Source: Promethearchaeota archaeon
GTDB taxonomy: Archaea > Asgardarchaeota > Heimdallarchaeia > Hodarchaeales > Hodarchaeaceae
Length of the DNA stretch: 64,000 bases
Assembly (NCBI GenBank): GCA_048938105.1
Contig: JBHLMN010000001.1
Coordinates: 256,001 to 320,000, forward strand
Reading direction: 5' to 3'
In this document: in pieces, positions 1-9,336 of the stretch
Layout: each line of letters opens with the position of its first letter
How positions within the stretch are numbered: the first letter of the stretch is position 1
The notes under the pieces: generated by a model
The model's database searches: none
The model's input: the letters and a program-made list of their open reading frames with translations, nothing else
Told to the model about the DNA's origin: nothing
Program-made: the position numbers and the translations under genes

Positions 1-554
1 AAATCGTTTAAAGTAAAACTTGGCATAGTAGAGATAATTAGATAAGTTAATCCCTTTGGAAAGTTTACCCTTTCGCTTTTACCACCAGGACGACGACTCA
101 AACGCTCTAATAGGTCACGCATAAATCCTTGATTTTTTGGTTGTTGAGTCCAAGTTAATGTAGGACTTGAATTTCTTTTATCAATAGTTCCATCTCCAAT
201 AATGTGACAGAGTGCTCGCCAGGCGTATATATTCATAGTAAAGGGAAAAGAAAGATTTTCTTTCTTACCGTGAGAAGAAAAACGTATTGTTTGAACTGAT
301 TTCTCAACTATCTTGAGATCTAATTTAGCTGCTTTACAGAGCTTCCAGAGGTTGGAAACTGAAATTGACATATTTGGATTGTTACGAATATTGCTCAAAA
401 CTTTGTAATAAATTGAAAGTCGACCTGACAACTTTGAGAGATTACTTCTCCTCAAGAAATTAGAAACAGAAAGCCAAGTATTATAATCTAGAATGACATA
501 AAAATCTTTTAAATCCCATAGATGTATCTCATTGAAAAAGTTATTATCCCACAT
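1..554 (-). CDS. Partial (runs off window start) LAGLIDADG-like endonuclease domain protein with possible N-terminal HTH
   Basis: Manual translation, not in ORF track: MWDNNFFNEIHLWDL...SISVSNLWKLCKAAKLD...WRALCHIIGDGTI..., open to position 1; LCHIIGDG matches the LAGLIDADG helix motif. Confidence 0.6.
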   Translation of the reverse strand, partial: MWDNNFFNEIHLWDLKDFYVILDYNTWLSVSNFLRRSNLSKLSGRLSIYYKVLSNIRNNPNMSISVSNLWKLCKAAKLDLKIVEKSVQTIRFSSHGKKENLSFPFTMNIYAWRALCHIIGDGTIDKRNSSPTLTWTQQPKNQGFMRDLLERLSRRPGGKSERVNFPKGLTYLIISTMPSFTLND

Positions 555-899
555 TTTCCTGATAAGTGTTTCACATATTGATATCACATTATAAGGGAGA
601 TTCTATGATTAAAAAGGTTTCAGACATCTTTCAAATTATATTTCGGTCTCTTTTAGATTATTTTTAGTTCAGGTCCCCTAAATAATATGCTTCTATAGAT
701 AATTCTGTGAGACAAACTCTTTAGGCTTGTATTCAGAATTCCTCATACTGCTGAATCAATGAGATTCCTATCGATTCCTATATATATACAGTTAATATTA
801 TATCAGATTATAAAAAATACAAAGGAATCAAAGTAATAAAACTTAATAAATCATGTATTATAATTTTCATTTCTAATAAATTGCATAAGATGGAAAGAC

Positions 900-2090
900 A
901 TGGATATTTCAGAGTTAATCTTCATTAATCTAGGGCCATTTCTTTATAATCTCATTTTCATTTTGTTATGGATCCTTTGGTTTCTTTATCATAAAAAAGA
1001 TCCTTTCATTCAAAAAGCATTCAAAACCTATCTTAAAAGAAATTACCTTTTCTATCCTATAACAGGATGTTTAATTGTCATATTTCTCTATCTATTGTTC
1101 TCTTATGCGATAATAAACACCGATGTTGATGATGCTATAACATCTGCCGTCCGGGCTTTTCTAGAGGGAAGTAATCCCTATCAAGAAAATGTTGTAGAGC
1201 ATTATATAGATTCTGAAATGGTTCTTGGTCGTTATCATTATTTTCCTCCAGATCTACTCATATATAGTCTCTTTTACATCCTTATTGGTCATGTCTTCTA
1301 TGAAGACATCTCCCTTTTGGGAAGGGATATCTCCCTTTTAGGCACATATTGGTTCGTACCATTGCACTTTTTATTAGTAATCCCAGGATATTGGATAATT
1401 ACCCAGCTTGTAGATTGGCCTCATTATAGATTGTTTCCTTTTACTTTACTTCTAATTACTCCCTTTTTGTTCACCAATTCAATGCTCATGTGGTTTTTTT
1501 TCCTTATAGGATATTATTATTATGAAAAAAAAGAAAGACACATCCTTGGTATGGTATTCTACGTACTAGCAGCCTCAGTAAAATACATGGTGGGTTTTAT
1601 TATTCTCTTTTATTTTATTCGTACCATAAAAGAAATTTATAAAGAGGAAGACCCCTTAAACAATTTGAATTTAACTGGATATAAACTTGCTCCTTATATT
1701 CTCTCCAGTTTGGTCTTAACTTTAATTTGTTTGCCATTTGGGCTCATCAACGTCATAGATTCAGTTTTTATATCTCAAGGAGATCCCCAACACAGAGAGG
1801 ATGTTGCTCAATCAGTGGGTCCTTTATTGATTGAAGTCCTTAAATTCTTAAATTTGAAATCTCTCTATCTCCCTATAGTAGGAACCATTGCTATTCTAGC
1901 TTTCATTATCCTAATGAGACAGCCTACATATGACCAAATCATTCACTTCTCTTTCCTTTCTATGATTATTCTCCCATTTTATGCTACAGAGCTGTTCATC
2001 ACCCTTCCTTTCTTCTTTTGGTTTAAAGAGGGAGCTGAATCTATAAAACTAAACATTAATACTGATATCCCATCAGAACTACCGCCCTGA
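900..2090 (+). CDS. Polytopic membrane glycosyltransferase, GT-C fold (GT87/DUF2029-like)
   Basis: About 10 hydrophobic segments; loop DVDDAITSAVRAFLEGSNPY...YHYFPP resembles GT-C/GT87 proteins. Confidence 0.6.
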   Translation: MDISELIFINLGPFLYNLIFILLWILWFLYHKKDPFIQKAFKTYLKRNYLFYPITGCLIVIFLYLLFSYAIINTDVDDAITSAVRAFLEGSNPYQENVVEHYIDSEMVLGRYHYFPPDLLIYSLFYILIGHVFYEDISLLGRDISLLGTYWFVPLHFLLVIPGYWIITQLVDWPHYRLFPFTLLLITPFLFTNSMLMWFFFLIGYYYYEKKERHILGMVFYVLAASVKYMVGFIILFYFIRTIKEIYKEEDPLNNLNLTGYKLAPYILSSLVLTLICLPFGLINVIDSVFISQGDPQHREDVAQSVGPLLIEVLKFLNLKSLYLPIVGTIAILAFIILMRQPTYDQIIHFSFLSMIILPFYATELFITLPFFFWFKEGAESIKLNINTDIPSELPP

Positions 2091-2115
2091 CCCCTAAAAC
2101 CGCTTCAACAGGATG

Positions 2116-2358
2116 TTACCTTTTTCTATCAGCAATTGTAGTAATTACAGAAATACTGCGCACAGAAAAACGTTCATCAACATAAAGAATACGCACATGC
2201 TTCTCTTCTGAGTCAGTGAGACCATGTATGTCTACAACTTGACAGACTCCGGAGATTGAAGGTTTATAATCGTTCTTATTCATCTTTAAGGGTATTGCCT
2301 TCTTGCATATTGAGCAAGGTTCGCAATTGAGATCCACTAAATCAGTCTTAGATGACAT
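2116..2358 (-). CDS. Small putative Zn-binding protein (CxxC...H...H)
   Basis: CSIC, DIHG and HVRILYVD motifs in an 80-aa ORF. Confidence 0.55.
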   Translation of the reverse strand: MSSKTDLVDLNCEPCSICKKAIPLKMNKNDYKPSISGVCQVVDIHGLTDSEEKHVRILYVDERFSVRSISVITTIADRKR

Positions 2359-2536
2359 TGTCCGTCTCGCCTGTTATGCTTTTGTGAAAGAACTCCAATC
2401 TTTATAGCTTCAAAAACCTTTGCTAATTCTTCGTATTAACTTTCATAAACTACCGATTACATAAATTTAAATAGAGATGTTTTCTCTAAAAACTAAGAGT
2501 ATATAACTATTCAACTTAAAATCAGGGGTTCTACTA

Positions 2537-2872
2537 GTGGATGATGAGGAACTTGTTGCAGACACTCCTTGGGGAAAGTTAATCACCTCAAAAGGATTAA
2601 AAATACTTTTAACAGGATTTGAGAATGATTTGGAAAAATTAGGGAAAAGCCTAGCTCGCATTGAAACACGCTTAGCTGAAATAGAAGGTACCCATTCAGA
2701 TAAAAATGTGAAAAGTCGAATTCAGGCAATTGAAGGGTCTTTAAAGTCACTTGAAGATGATATTCAAGAATTTCGTACTAATCAGACTGCTTTTGCTGCA
2801 CATATGAAGAAAACTCTTCAAATATTCTACTCTAAACTTGATGAAATGACGATTAATAAAGACATAATCTGA
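2537..2872 (+). CDS. Coiled-coil hypothetical protein
   Basis: Heptad pattern LEKLGKSLARIETRLAEIE...IQAIEGSLKSLEDDIQEF. Confidence 0.6.
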   Translation: MDDEELVADTPWGKLITSKGLKILLTGFENDLEKLGKSLARIETRLAEIEGTHSDKNVKSRIQAIEGSLKSLEDDIQEFRTNQTAFAAHMKKTLQIFYSKLDEMTINKDII

Positions 2873-2892
2873 AGATGATTTGAAGGGGTAAA

Positions 2893-5151
2893 TTATGGGA
2901 GAGTACGATCCCCTGGAGAGCTAAAAACAGTTTGAATTCGAATGGCGAGTTTTTTTCCAATTTGTGGAACATTAGTCAATTCTTCTAAACTAGCTGAAGC
3001 GATAGCCTGAATAGTTGTAAATTTGTCTAATAAATTCTTCGCTTTTGTTAAATTAATACCTGGGATGGCAGCTAACATGAATAATTGAATTTCTCTTATA
3101 TTTTGTTCTTTTTTTGATACTGTAGGTAACGAAAACTCTGTAGGAGTATCCTTTTGTTCACGTTTCGCCAATTGAAACATAAGTGTTGCAGTTTCTGAAT
3201 CATTTCGAGTAAAAACTAAAGGAATCTGGAAATCAAGAATTATTGAACTAATAGCACCCATAATACTGTTTATGTGAATTTGTCGTCCTATTACTTCTGA
3301 TTCCAACTGAATTAATAATAAAGGCAGCCTTTGCTGTGAAAGTCTTGTTAATTGGGATTGTTGTCCAGGGGATGAGGGGTGAAATAATCGTCCATCTATT
3401 ATGGAACTCACAAAATCTGAATAAGTTTTTCGTTCTACAACCAATCGGTTTGAAAGAACGTAATCACCTACTTCTAGTTCTTGGGATTGTAAGCGAGCTC
3501 CTTGTTGTTTTAATAATTTAGGTACACGAGTTGAAGCCTCACGAGTATCGATAATAATCAAAGGAGTTGAAGGCCCAGGTTCGATGATATCCTTTTTTTC
3601 TTGTCTTACGAAGAATTTATCTAAAGTTTCGATGGTATCGTGAGCTTCCTTTTTTTCTAACAGAAGTTGTAATTCATTCTTCAAGAAATCATTCATTTTC
3701 TTGTTCTTTCTATTAATTGCCCAGTACATTGACTCATCGCGAGTATCTTTGGTCACTAGGTGGATGACTCGAGATTTCTTCTTCCTACCTCTTCCTCGAC
3801 GTTGAATTGCCCTGATGATAGAAGGTACTGAATCATAAAACACAACTAAATCGCAATTTCCAACATCTAAACCCTCCTCACCAACTGAAGTGCTTAAAAG
3901 AATCTGTAGATCACCTCGTTTGAATTCTTCAACAACCTCTAGTTGTTGTTTTTGGGTCAACCCTTTATCTTCCTTCGAGCTTGAATGACCAATGAATATT
4001 CCAGCTTCAATACCACAATTAGATAATTCTTTATGCAGGAACCGAATTGTATCGCGATAATTACTGAATATGATGATCCTAGAGTCTTGGGAGGTGGTTC
4101 TTTTTAGAACATTAGTAATTTCATCTATTAAATGCTGAAGTTTAGGATGAATCAGCGATTTATCTGATAGCACTTTCTCTAGGGCGACAATTCTATGGTC
4201 TTCTAAAAATAACCTTAGGGCTTTTGAAGAGGACTTTCGACGCCATTTTTGAAGGCTATTAAACGCTTGAGGGAATCCTTGACTTTCAACGAGTTCTTTT
4301 AGGTGCTGCACCCGAATTAAATTCGAACTGAATATCAGCAATCCCCCAAAACTAGACTCTTGCTTAGTAAGCTTTACAACTTGTTGGTGAATCCCTAATG
4401 CTTCTCTTTTTCCTATATATTTGAAATCTAAAGCCCCTGGTATTTGTTCTTTTAGGGAAAGAATTAATTCATCCTGATAGCTATGTAGTGTTTTGAGAAC
4501 CTGAGTATATTTCTCAGGAAGCTTAATCCAGATGACTTTCGGAGTATGTATAGAAATATATTCTTTAACATCCAAATCAGTAGTATCTGTTACAGATACT
4601 TTAGTAATCTTGAGATTCTCACACACCTCCAGGATTTTCTCCGGATTGTTTCCAGGTGTTGCAGTAAATCCTATGATCTGACTTTTAGCTTGAGCAGCAA
4701 TTCCTACGTATGCATAATCACCAGTAGCTCTATGAACCTCATCGATACAAATTAATCCGATTTTTCTTAAATCTAGGCGATCATAAGTTACGTCGTTTTC
4801 AATTGTTTGAGGTGTACCTACAATAATCTTGGCATTCGGATAGCTTTCCTTCCGTTTTGGAGGAGGAACTTCTCCTGATACCTCAAGAACCATATCAGAG
4901 GATAAATTACCAATGAATTCACATAACATTTCCTTAATCTGATGAACGAGGGGTCTGGTTGGAGTTAAAATAAGAATTTGTTTGGTAGGGTCTTTCTTCA
5001 GGTAATAAGCTGATAAGTATGCCATAATAACCGTTTTACCTAACCCTGTTGGAAGGACGACGAGGGTATTCCCTGAATTCGTTACACACTCAGAAAAAAT
5101 GACTTGTTGATATATTCGCGGTTCAGCAGTAGTAATGAAAGATTCATCCAA
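2893..5151 (-). CDS. hef: Hef (FANCM/Mph1-like) SF2 helicase fused to ERCC4 nuclease and HhH
   Basis: PTGLGKT, DEVH, TATPG, QRRGR helicase motifs; IDTRE, GDY and VERKT..D ERCC4 motifs; C-terminal (HhH)2 IPGI/VPQIG. Confidence 0.95.
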   Translation of the reverse strand: MDESFITTAEPRIYQQVIFSECVTNSGNTLVVLPTGLGKTVIMAYLSAYYLKKDPTKQILILTPTRPLVHQIKEMLCEFIGNLSSDMVLEVSGEVPPPKRKESYPNAKIIVGTPQTIENDVTYDRLDLRKIGLICIDEVHRATGDYAYVGIAAQAKSQIIGFTATPGNNPEKILEVCENLKITKVSVTDTTDLDVKEYISIHTPKVIWIKLPEKYTQVLKTLHSYQDELILSLKEQIPGALDFKYIGKREALGIHQQVVKLTKQESSFGGLLIFSSNLIRVQHLKELVESQGFPQAFNSLQKWRRKSSSKALRLFLEDHRIVALEKVLSDKSLIHPKLQHLIDEITNVLKRTTSQDSRIIIFSNYRDTIRFLHKELSNCGIEAGIFIGHSSSKEDKGLTQKQQLEVVEEFKRGDLQILLSTSVGEEGLDVGNCDLVVFYDSVPSIIRAIQRRGRGRKKKSRVIHLVTKDTRDESMYWAINRKNKKMNDFLKNELQLLLEKKEAHDTIETLDKFFVRQEKKDIIEPGPSTPLIIIDTREASTRVPKLLKQQGARLQSQELEVGDYVLSNRLVVERKTYSDFVSSIIDGRLFHPSSPGQQSQLTRLSQQRLPLLLIQLESEVIGRQIHINSIMGAISSIILDFQIPLVFTRNDSETATLMFQLAKREQKDTPTEFSLPTVSKKEQNIREIQLFMLAAIPGINLTKAKNLLDKFTTIQAIASASLEELTNVPQIGKKLAIRIQTVFSSPGDRTLP

Positions 5152-5561
5152 AATTAATCTAACTCACAGATACTAGCTCATAAAAACACTCAAAGATATA
5201 TTTTCCTGTGAATATTAAGCATTTTTTGTTTATCAATGAAACATTATATTCGTACCAATTCACTTAAAAAACCTAGACAGCACTTGATACAGAATAAAAT
5301 GATGGATAATAAGAGATTCTTAATTCTATTCCACGTTCAAAAAATTTTTAGAATAGAGAAAAGAAGAGACTGTACTAATTCTAGTTTATGAGAAATTTTT
5401 TCTAGAAAACGAGAATTAATACAATTAAAAACATTAATATGTCATTAATAGCCTATGTTTTCCAGAAAAAAAAGTTACGAGAATATAAAGATTCATTTGA
5501 AAAATATCTTTAAAAAAGGGGGATCAGGTAATTCATTAAAAATAAGTATTTAACTAAAAAA

Positions 5562-6395
5562 GTGATAAAAATGGCTGAAAAAGAAGAACCTCAAGAAGAA
5601 GCGACACCCATTACTGAGATAGAACGGAAAATTACCGTAGACCTTTGGAAAACAAAACTACACGGGGAAATTGTAGGAATAAAACAAAAAGAAGAATATA
5701 TGGCTAAATCCCGTCAATTTACTAGAGATCTTGAACTGATTGGTGAAGTTAAGGAAAAAAAGAAAGGGGAAGAAGAGACCATTGGATATGTAGGTTATCG
5801 AAAAGGGCTATGGGATGATGAAGAAGATAAATTAGAAAGACGCTTAGTAATTAAACTATTTTCGAAATCAATGTATTATCAAGGCACCCTAGAAGAAATG
5901 GTCGGTCGGGAGTTCACCCGTTCATTATCCGCACGACATGATTTTCCTAGTTTTAACTTAATGATTGATGATTATGAATACTTAATTCCGCTAAATAAGA
6001 TTCGTGGCGGAAAGTTCGTTCCAGAATGGTTTGTTTTCCGTATTGATGATGAAGAAGGATTTATTCCGATTATTTTAAAGCATAAGATGGGACTTGGAAT
6101 CGATTATCGGGTAGTTCACGGAATAGGTGACACACAATTTGGTAAAATTGATGGGAAAAAGTTCGATGTAGGGGGACGATATGACATCAGCCTTAAATCC
6201 ACGGATGAACGTTTGGTTGATAATGTTCTTGTACGAGTATTAATCCTCTTTGCAGCTTCTTTGAAGTTTCATGAAGAAATTTTTAAGAAAATTAAGAAGG
6301 GGACGAAAAAAATGAGAAAGAATGAATGGCAACCAACACTTTCGAATGAAGAAAAACTTCTTCGACGTAATCCACGAGCGATTCTACGGAAATAA
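5562..6395 (+). CDS. Hypothetical protein, possible LURP-one/scramblase/tubby-C-like beta barrel
   Basis: Beta-rich region GIDYRVVH...FGKIDGKKFDVGGRYDISL followed by hydrophobic helix VLILFAASL. Confidence 0.45.
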   Translation: MIKMAEKEEPQEEATPITEIERKITVDLWKTKLHGEIVGIKQKEEYMAKSRQFTRDLELIGEVKEKKKGEEETIGYVGYRKGLWDDEEDKLERRLVIKLFSKSMYYQGTLEEMVGREFTRSLSARHDFPSFNLMIDDYEYLIPLNKIRGGKFVPEWFVFRIDDEEGFIPIILKHKMGLGIDYRVVHGIGDTQFGKIDGKKFDVGGRYDISLKSTDERLVDNVLVRVLILFAASLKFHEEIFKKIKKGTKKMRKNEWQPTLSNEEKLLRRNPRAILRK

Positions 6396-6413
6396 ATCAC
6401 AGGAGTCTTATCA

Positions 6414-7094
6414 TTGATCCCTGAAGATGAGAGCTTAGAATTCGTAATCGAACATCTCAAGGATATGATTCAAGAACAAGCAGATAAAAAAATAGAAAAA
6501 GTATCAGATCTGACAGATATTCTTTCTAATTTTATGGCCACATTTTTAATAGTGGTTGATGCGTTAATTTCAAGCAGTCAGTCAAGATTTGGGGCAATTG
6601 ATGAAAAATTAGCTGAATTTGAGGATCTTCTACAGGGTACTTCTATTAAAGGGTTATCAGAGCCATCAGAAATATCGGAGAAAAGGCCTATTGAAGAAAA
6701 AAAACAACCAATAGAAGAGTCCGTAGTTAAATCATCCAAAACCCCGCCGATTCCATCGAGTGATGTTGTAATCTCTCCACCACCTCCACCGCCCCCTTCC
6801 CCTTTCCCTTCCATAACCGTTGCGGAAGAACAGAAACCTGTAGTTGAAACCACAGAAATCATGGAAGATGAAATCACTGAAGACGAAGCCATCGAAACAT
6901 CAGAAGATATGGAAGAAATGGAGGTGGAAGATCTTGCAGCATTTGCATTTCAACGGCGCGAAAAAAAAGAAAAAGTCCCTCCCTCTCGTCAAGTCGATTC
7001 AGGACTTAGTGCAGGATCACTCAAATTGGAATTAATGAAAGAACTAAAAAAGAAATTCAGTAGTGAAAAAGACACTCAAAATGAATCTAATTGA
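6414..7094 (+). CDS. Proline-rich protein: N-terminal helical region, PPPPPPP tract, acidic tract, C-terminal amphipathic helix
   Basis: ISPPPPPPPSPFP and SLKLELMKELKKKF; 18 bp downstream of the previous gene. Confidence 0.7.
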   Translation: MIPEDESLEFVIEHLKDMIQEQADKKIEKVSDLTDILSNFMATFLIVVDALISSSQSRFGAIDEKLAEFEDLLQGTSIKGLSEPSEISEKRPIEEKKQPIEESVVKSSKTPPIPSSDVVISPPPPPPPSPFPSITVAEEQKPVVETTEIMEDEITEDEAIETSEDMEEMEVEDLAAFAFQRREKKEKVPPSRQVDSGLSAGSLKLELMKELKKKFSSEKDTQNESN

Positions 7095-7844
7095 AATCTA
7101 TCAAGATGGGGGGATTCATATCTCCAAGGAGATTTTTAGCAAGCAAAGAGCAACCTTCAGTCCCTCCTGAAGCAATATGTCATTAGGTATGTGAAAACAA
7201 CCACAATTGATCCAGTATTTGTCATACTTCTATTCAGACACCATAAAAAGACACAATAAAATCGAATCCCAATTAATATGAGAGGAACAGTACCTCATTT
7301 ACACTTTCTTTCTTTATTATAGAACCCCCACTTGATTTAAAAAAAGCAGGTTAGTATTGAAACTGATTATCCTCAAGAAATGGATCTAAAGACCACTCCT
7401 TAAGGATGTCAGAGAGAGTGCGATATATATATCGTTTTCCGTAATTCAAAGCCGTCTTTAATAATCCTTCAATGGATAGGGCATCATCAGACAAAAGAGA
7501 TCCTTCGTACCTAGCGAGGTGGAAGGGGTTCTTAAAGGTAACGAAATAGGCCAGAATTACAGAAGAGTATTACTGTCTACATAGGAAGGTATCTCAACAG
7601 ATTTGTGAAATTAATACCAGAAAAAAAGTAACGACTAAAATGACGCTTTAATGATGAAGAACTTGCCTGAGAATAATGGAGTCTCTGAAAAATCTAAAAT
7701 TATGGAAGGGAAAACCAATTAAAATCTAGGTCTAGTTCTCCTCTTACTGTTCCCCTCTGTAAGTCTTAATTGTATTCAGAAAATGGAAGCTGATCAAAGT
7801 AGTGACGCCATAAGGCTATATAATGAATTTTCTGGCCGAATCAG

Positions 7845-8255
7845 CTAGTATAGTATCACATTCTGGCCATCTGAATCATCTTCGGTTGGTGTCGCGGTTT
7901 TAATGCCAGACGAAAGAATTCGGATTAAGTCATTTCGAGTTAATAGAAAGATTCGAATTCTTTCCGCGAGAGATCGTGCTGGGTCGGAAAAGAGATTTGT
8001 GACAATGAGCATTTTTGAAAGAAGGCGATTGTTTTTCATGATCTTTTCGGCACGAATAATGATATCTACGCCAACAGCACGTTTCCAGTCTTTGATCATA
8101 ACTCCAATACCCTCATTTTCATCACCATTTTGGATGATGAGGTCAACATTTTCATTCCGATAATTTTGTACGCCGTGGCTAACAATTAAACCACGTTGGC
8201 GACAGTACTCGAGCGTTAGCTCTTCTAATCCAAGTGAATCATAATTAATCTTCAT
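7845..8255 (-). CDS. Mrr-like PD-(D/E)xK restriction-endonuclease-fold protein, catalytic motif degenerate
   Basis: LEEL...VDLII...GVMIKDWKRAVGVDII, LIVTNLFSDPARSLA; likely start at ATG 8255 overlapping the upstream stop (track start 8306). Confidence 0.7.
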   Translation of the reverse strand: MKINYDSLGLEELTLEYCRQRGLIVSHGVQNYRNENVDLIIQNGDENEGIGVMIKDWKRAVGVDIIIRAEKIMKNNRLLSKMLIVTNLFSDPARSLAERIRIFLLTRNDLIRILSSGIKTATPTEDDSDGQNVILY

Positions 8256-9336
8256 GGTAAATCCCCTCTGGGGTGATTCGAGCATCCTTAGTAATGGATG
8301 ATTCAAACGCCAGATGCTCTAAAATGCCAAAGATCGCTCTATTAGGGCGATAGGCTTTCTCACGTTTATCTCGATCTGTTGATTGCTCATAGATCAAATT
8401 AGAATTTAATAAATCAGCTAAATGATGACTAATTGTACTTTTAGTCTTATTCATCATGTAAGTAAGCTCTTTATGAATGATATATTCACGTCTATCAAGT
8501 TCGTTCTGAACCTGAACCTCTCGAACAAGTATTTCGCGGAGAATAGAAATCTTACTTCGTGGAAAACTGCTTAAAACTTTGGGGTTAATTCCAAAGGTAA
8601 AACGCAAACCGTCTGATCCCAGATAGAAATGCTCTTTCAGAATTTGAATAGCAACACCAGGATTACCTAAAGCAAGGGAAGCAATATTCGAAATGGTTGT
8701 ATCAGTAATATGGGAAGAATCTTGCTTTGTGGCACAGACATTTAAACGTCGTTGAAGAAGATGCTCAATTTCAGTCCTGGTAAGGGAAGGCATAACCAAA
8801 AAGTGACGATATGAGATGTCACCAGTCGGAATACACAGGCGACGATAGATTTCAAATTCAGTGCTATCCATGATTGCAATGATTTTAGGGGAGGGAGAGG
8901 AAGAAGACGAATTCAAACTTAATAGGGTCTTATGTAAACGAAAAGCATTATCAAGAAAGAGGATATCGTCAGATTGCACATTAGTGTTGAAAAGGTGTGA
9001 AGCATCCTGATAAATAGTGTTTAATTTATGATAATGTCGAAATTCTTCAAAAATGCGGGCAAAGATTGTTTTACCAGACCCTCGAGGGCCTTTGAGGAAG
9101 AGAATGTCAGAAGGAGAGTCTTGAATAAATTCGATAATCTTGATAATGAGGGATTTGAATTGCGGATTTGTCTCGCCATAAAACGCCATAGGTTGGTGGA
9201 GAGGGAGGAGAGGATCACAGGGATCACACTGATAACCTAATTGCACTAGCTGCTTCCGTTGTTTTCGTTGGATTAAGTCAGACATGGCTGATTCAAATAG
9301 GGTGCCCGGGGGAAGATCATCACGGTCATGACTCAT
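8245..9336 (-). CDS. AAA+ ATPase with C-terminal winged helix
   Basis: Walker A GPRGSGKT, Walker B-like ILFLDNA, lid LGNPG, wHTH HKELTYMMNKTKSTISHHLADL. Confidence 0.75.
   Translation of the reverse strand: MSHDRDDLPPGTLFESAMSDLIQRKQRKQLVQLGYQCDPCDPLLPLHQPMAFYGETNPQFKSLIIKIIEFIQDSPSDILFLKGPRGSGKTIFARIFEEFRHYHKLNTIYQDASHLFNTNVQSDDILFLDNAFRLHKTLLSLNSSSSSPSPKIIAIMDSTEFEIYRRLCIPTGDISYRHFLVMPSLTRTEIEHLLQRRLNVCATKQDSSHITDTTISNIASLALGNPGVAIQILKEHFYLGSDGLRFTFGINPKVLSSFPRSKISILREILVREVQVQNELDRREYIIHKELTYMMNKTKSTISHHLADLLNSNLIYEQSTDRDKREKAYRPNRAIFGILEHLAFESSITKDARITPEGIYHED

Noticed and set aside
1305-1343. In-frame duplication DISLLG-R-DISLLG in the GT-C gene
   Set aside because: Small slippage duplication with no evident functional meaning
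7095-7844. 750-bp gene-free stretch with a palindrome (cgatatatatatcg, 7422-7435) and one hairpin near 7498-7531
   Set aside because: No convincing ORF or RNA family; isolated hairpins are expected by chance
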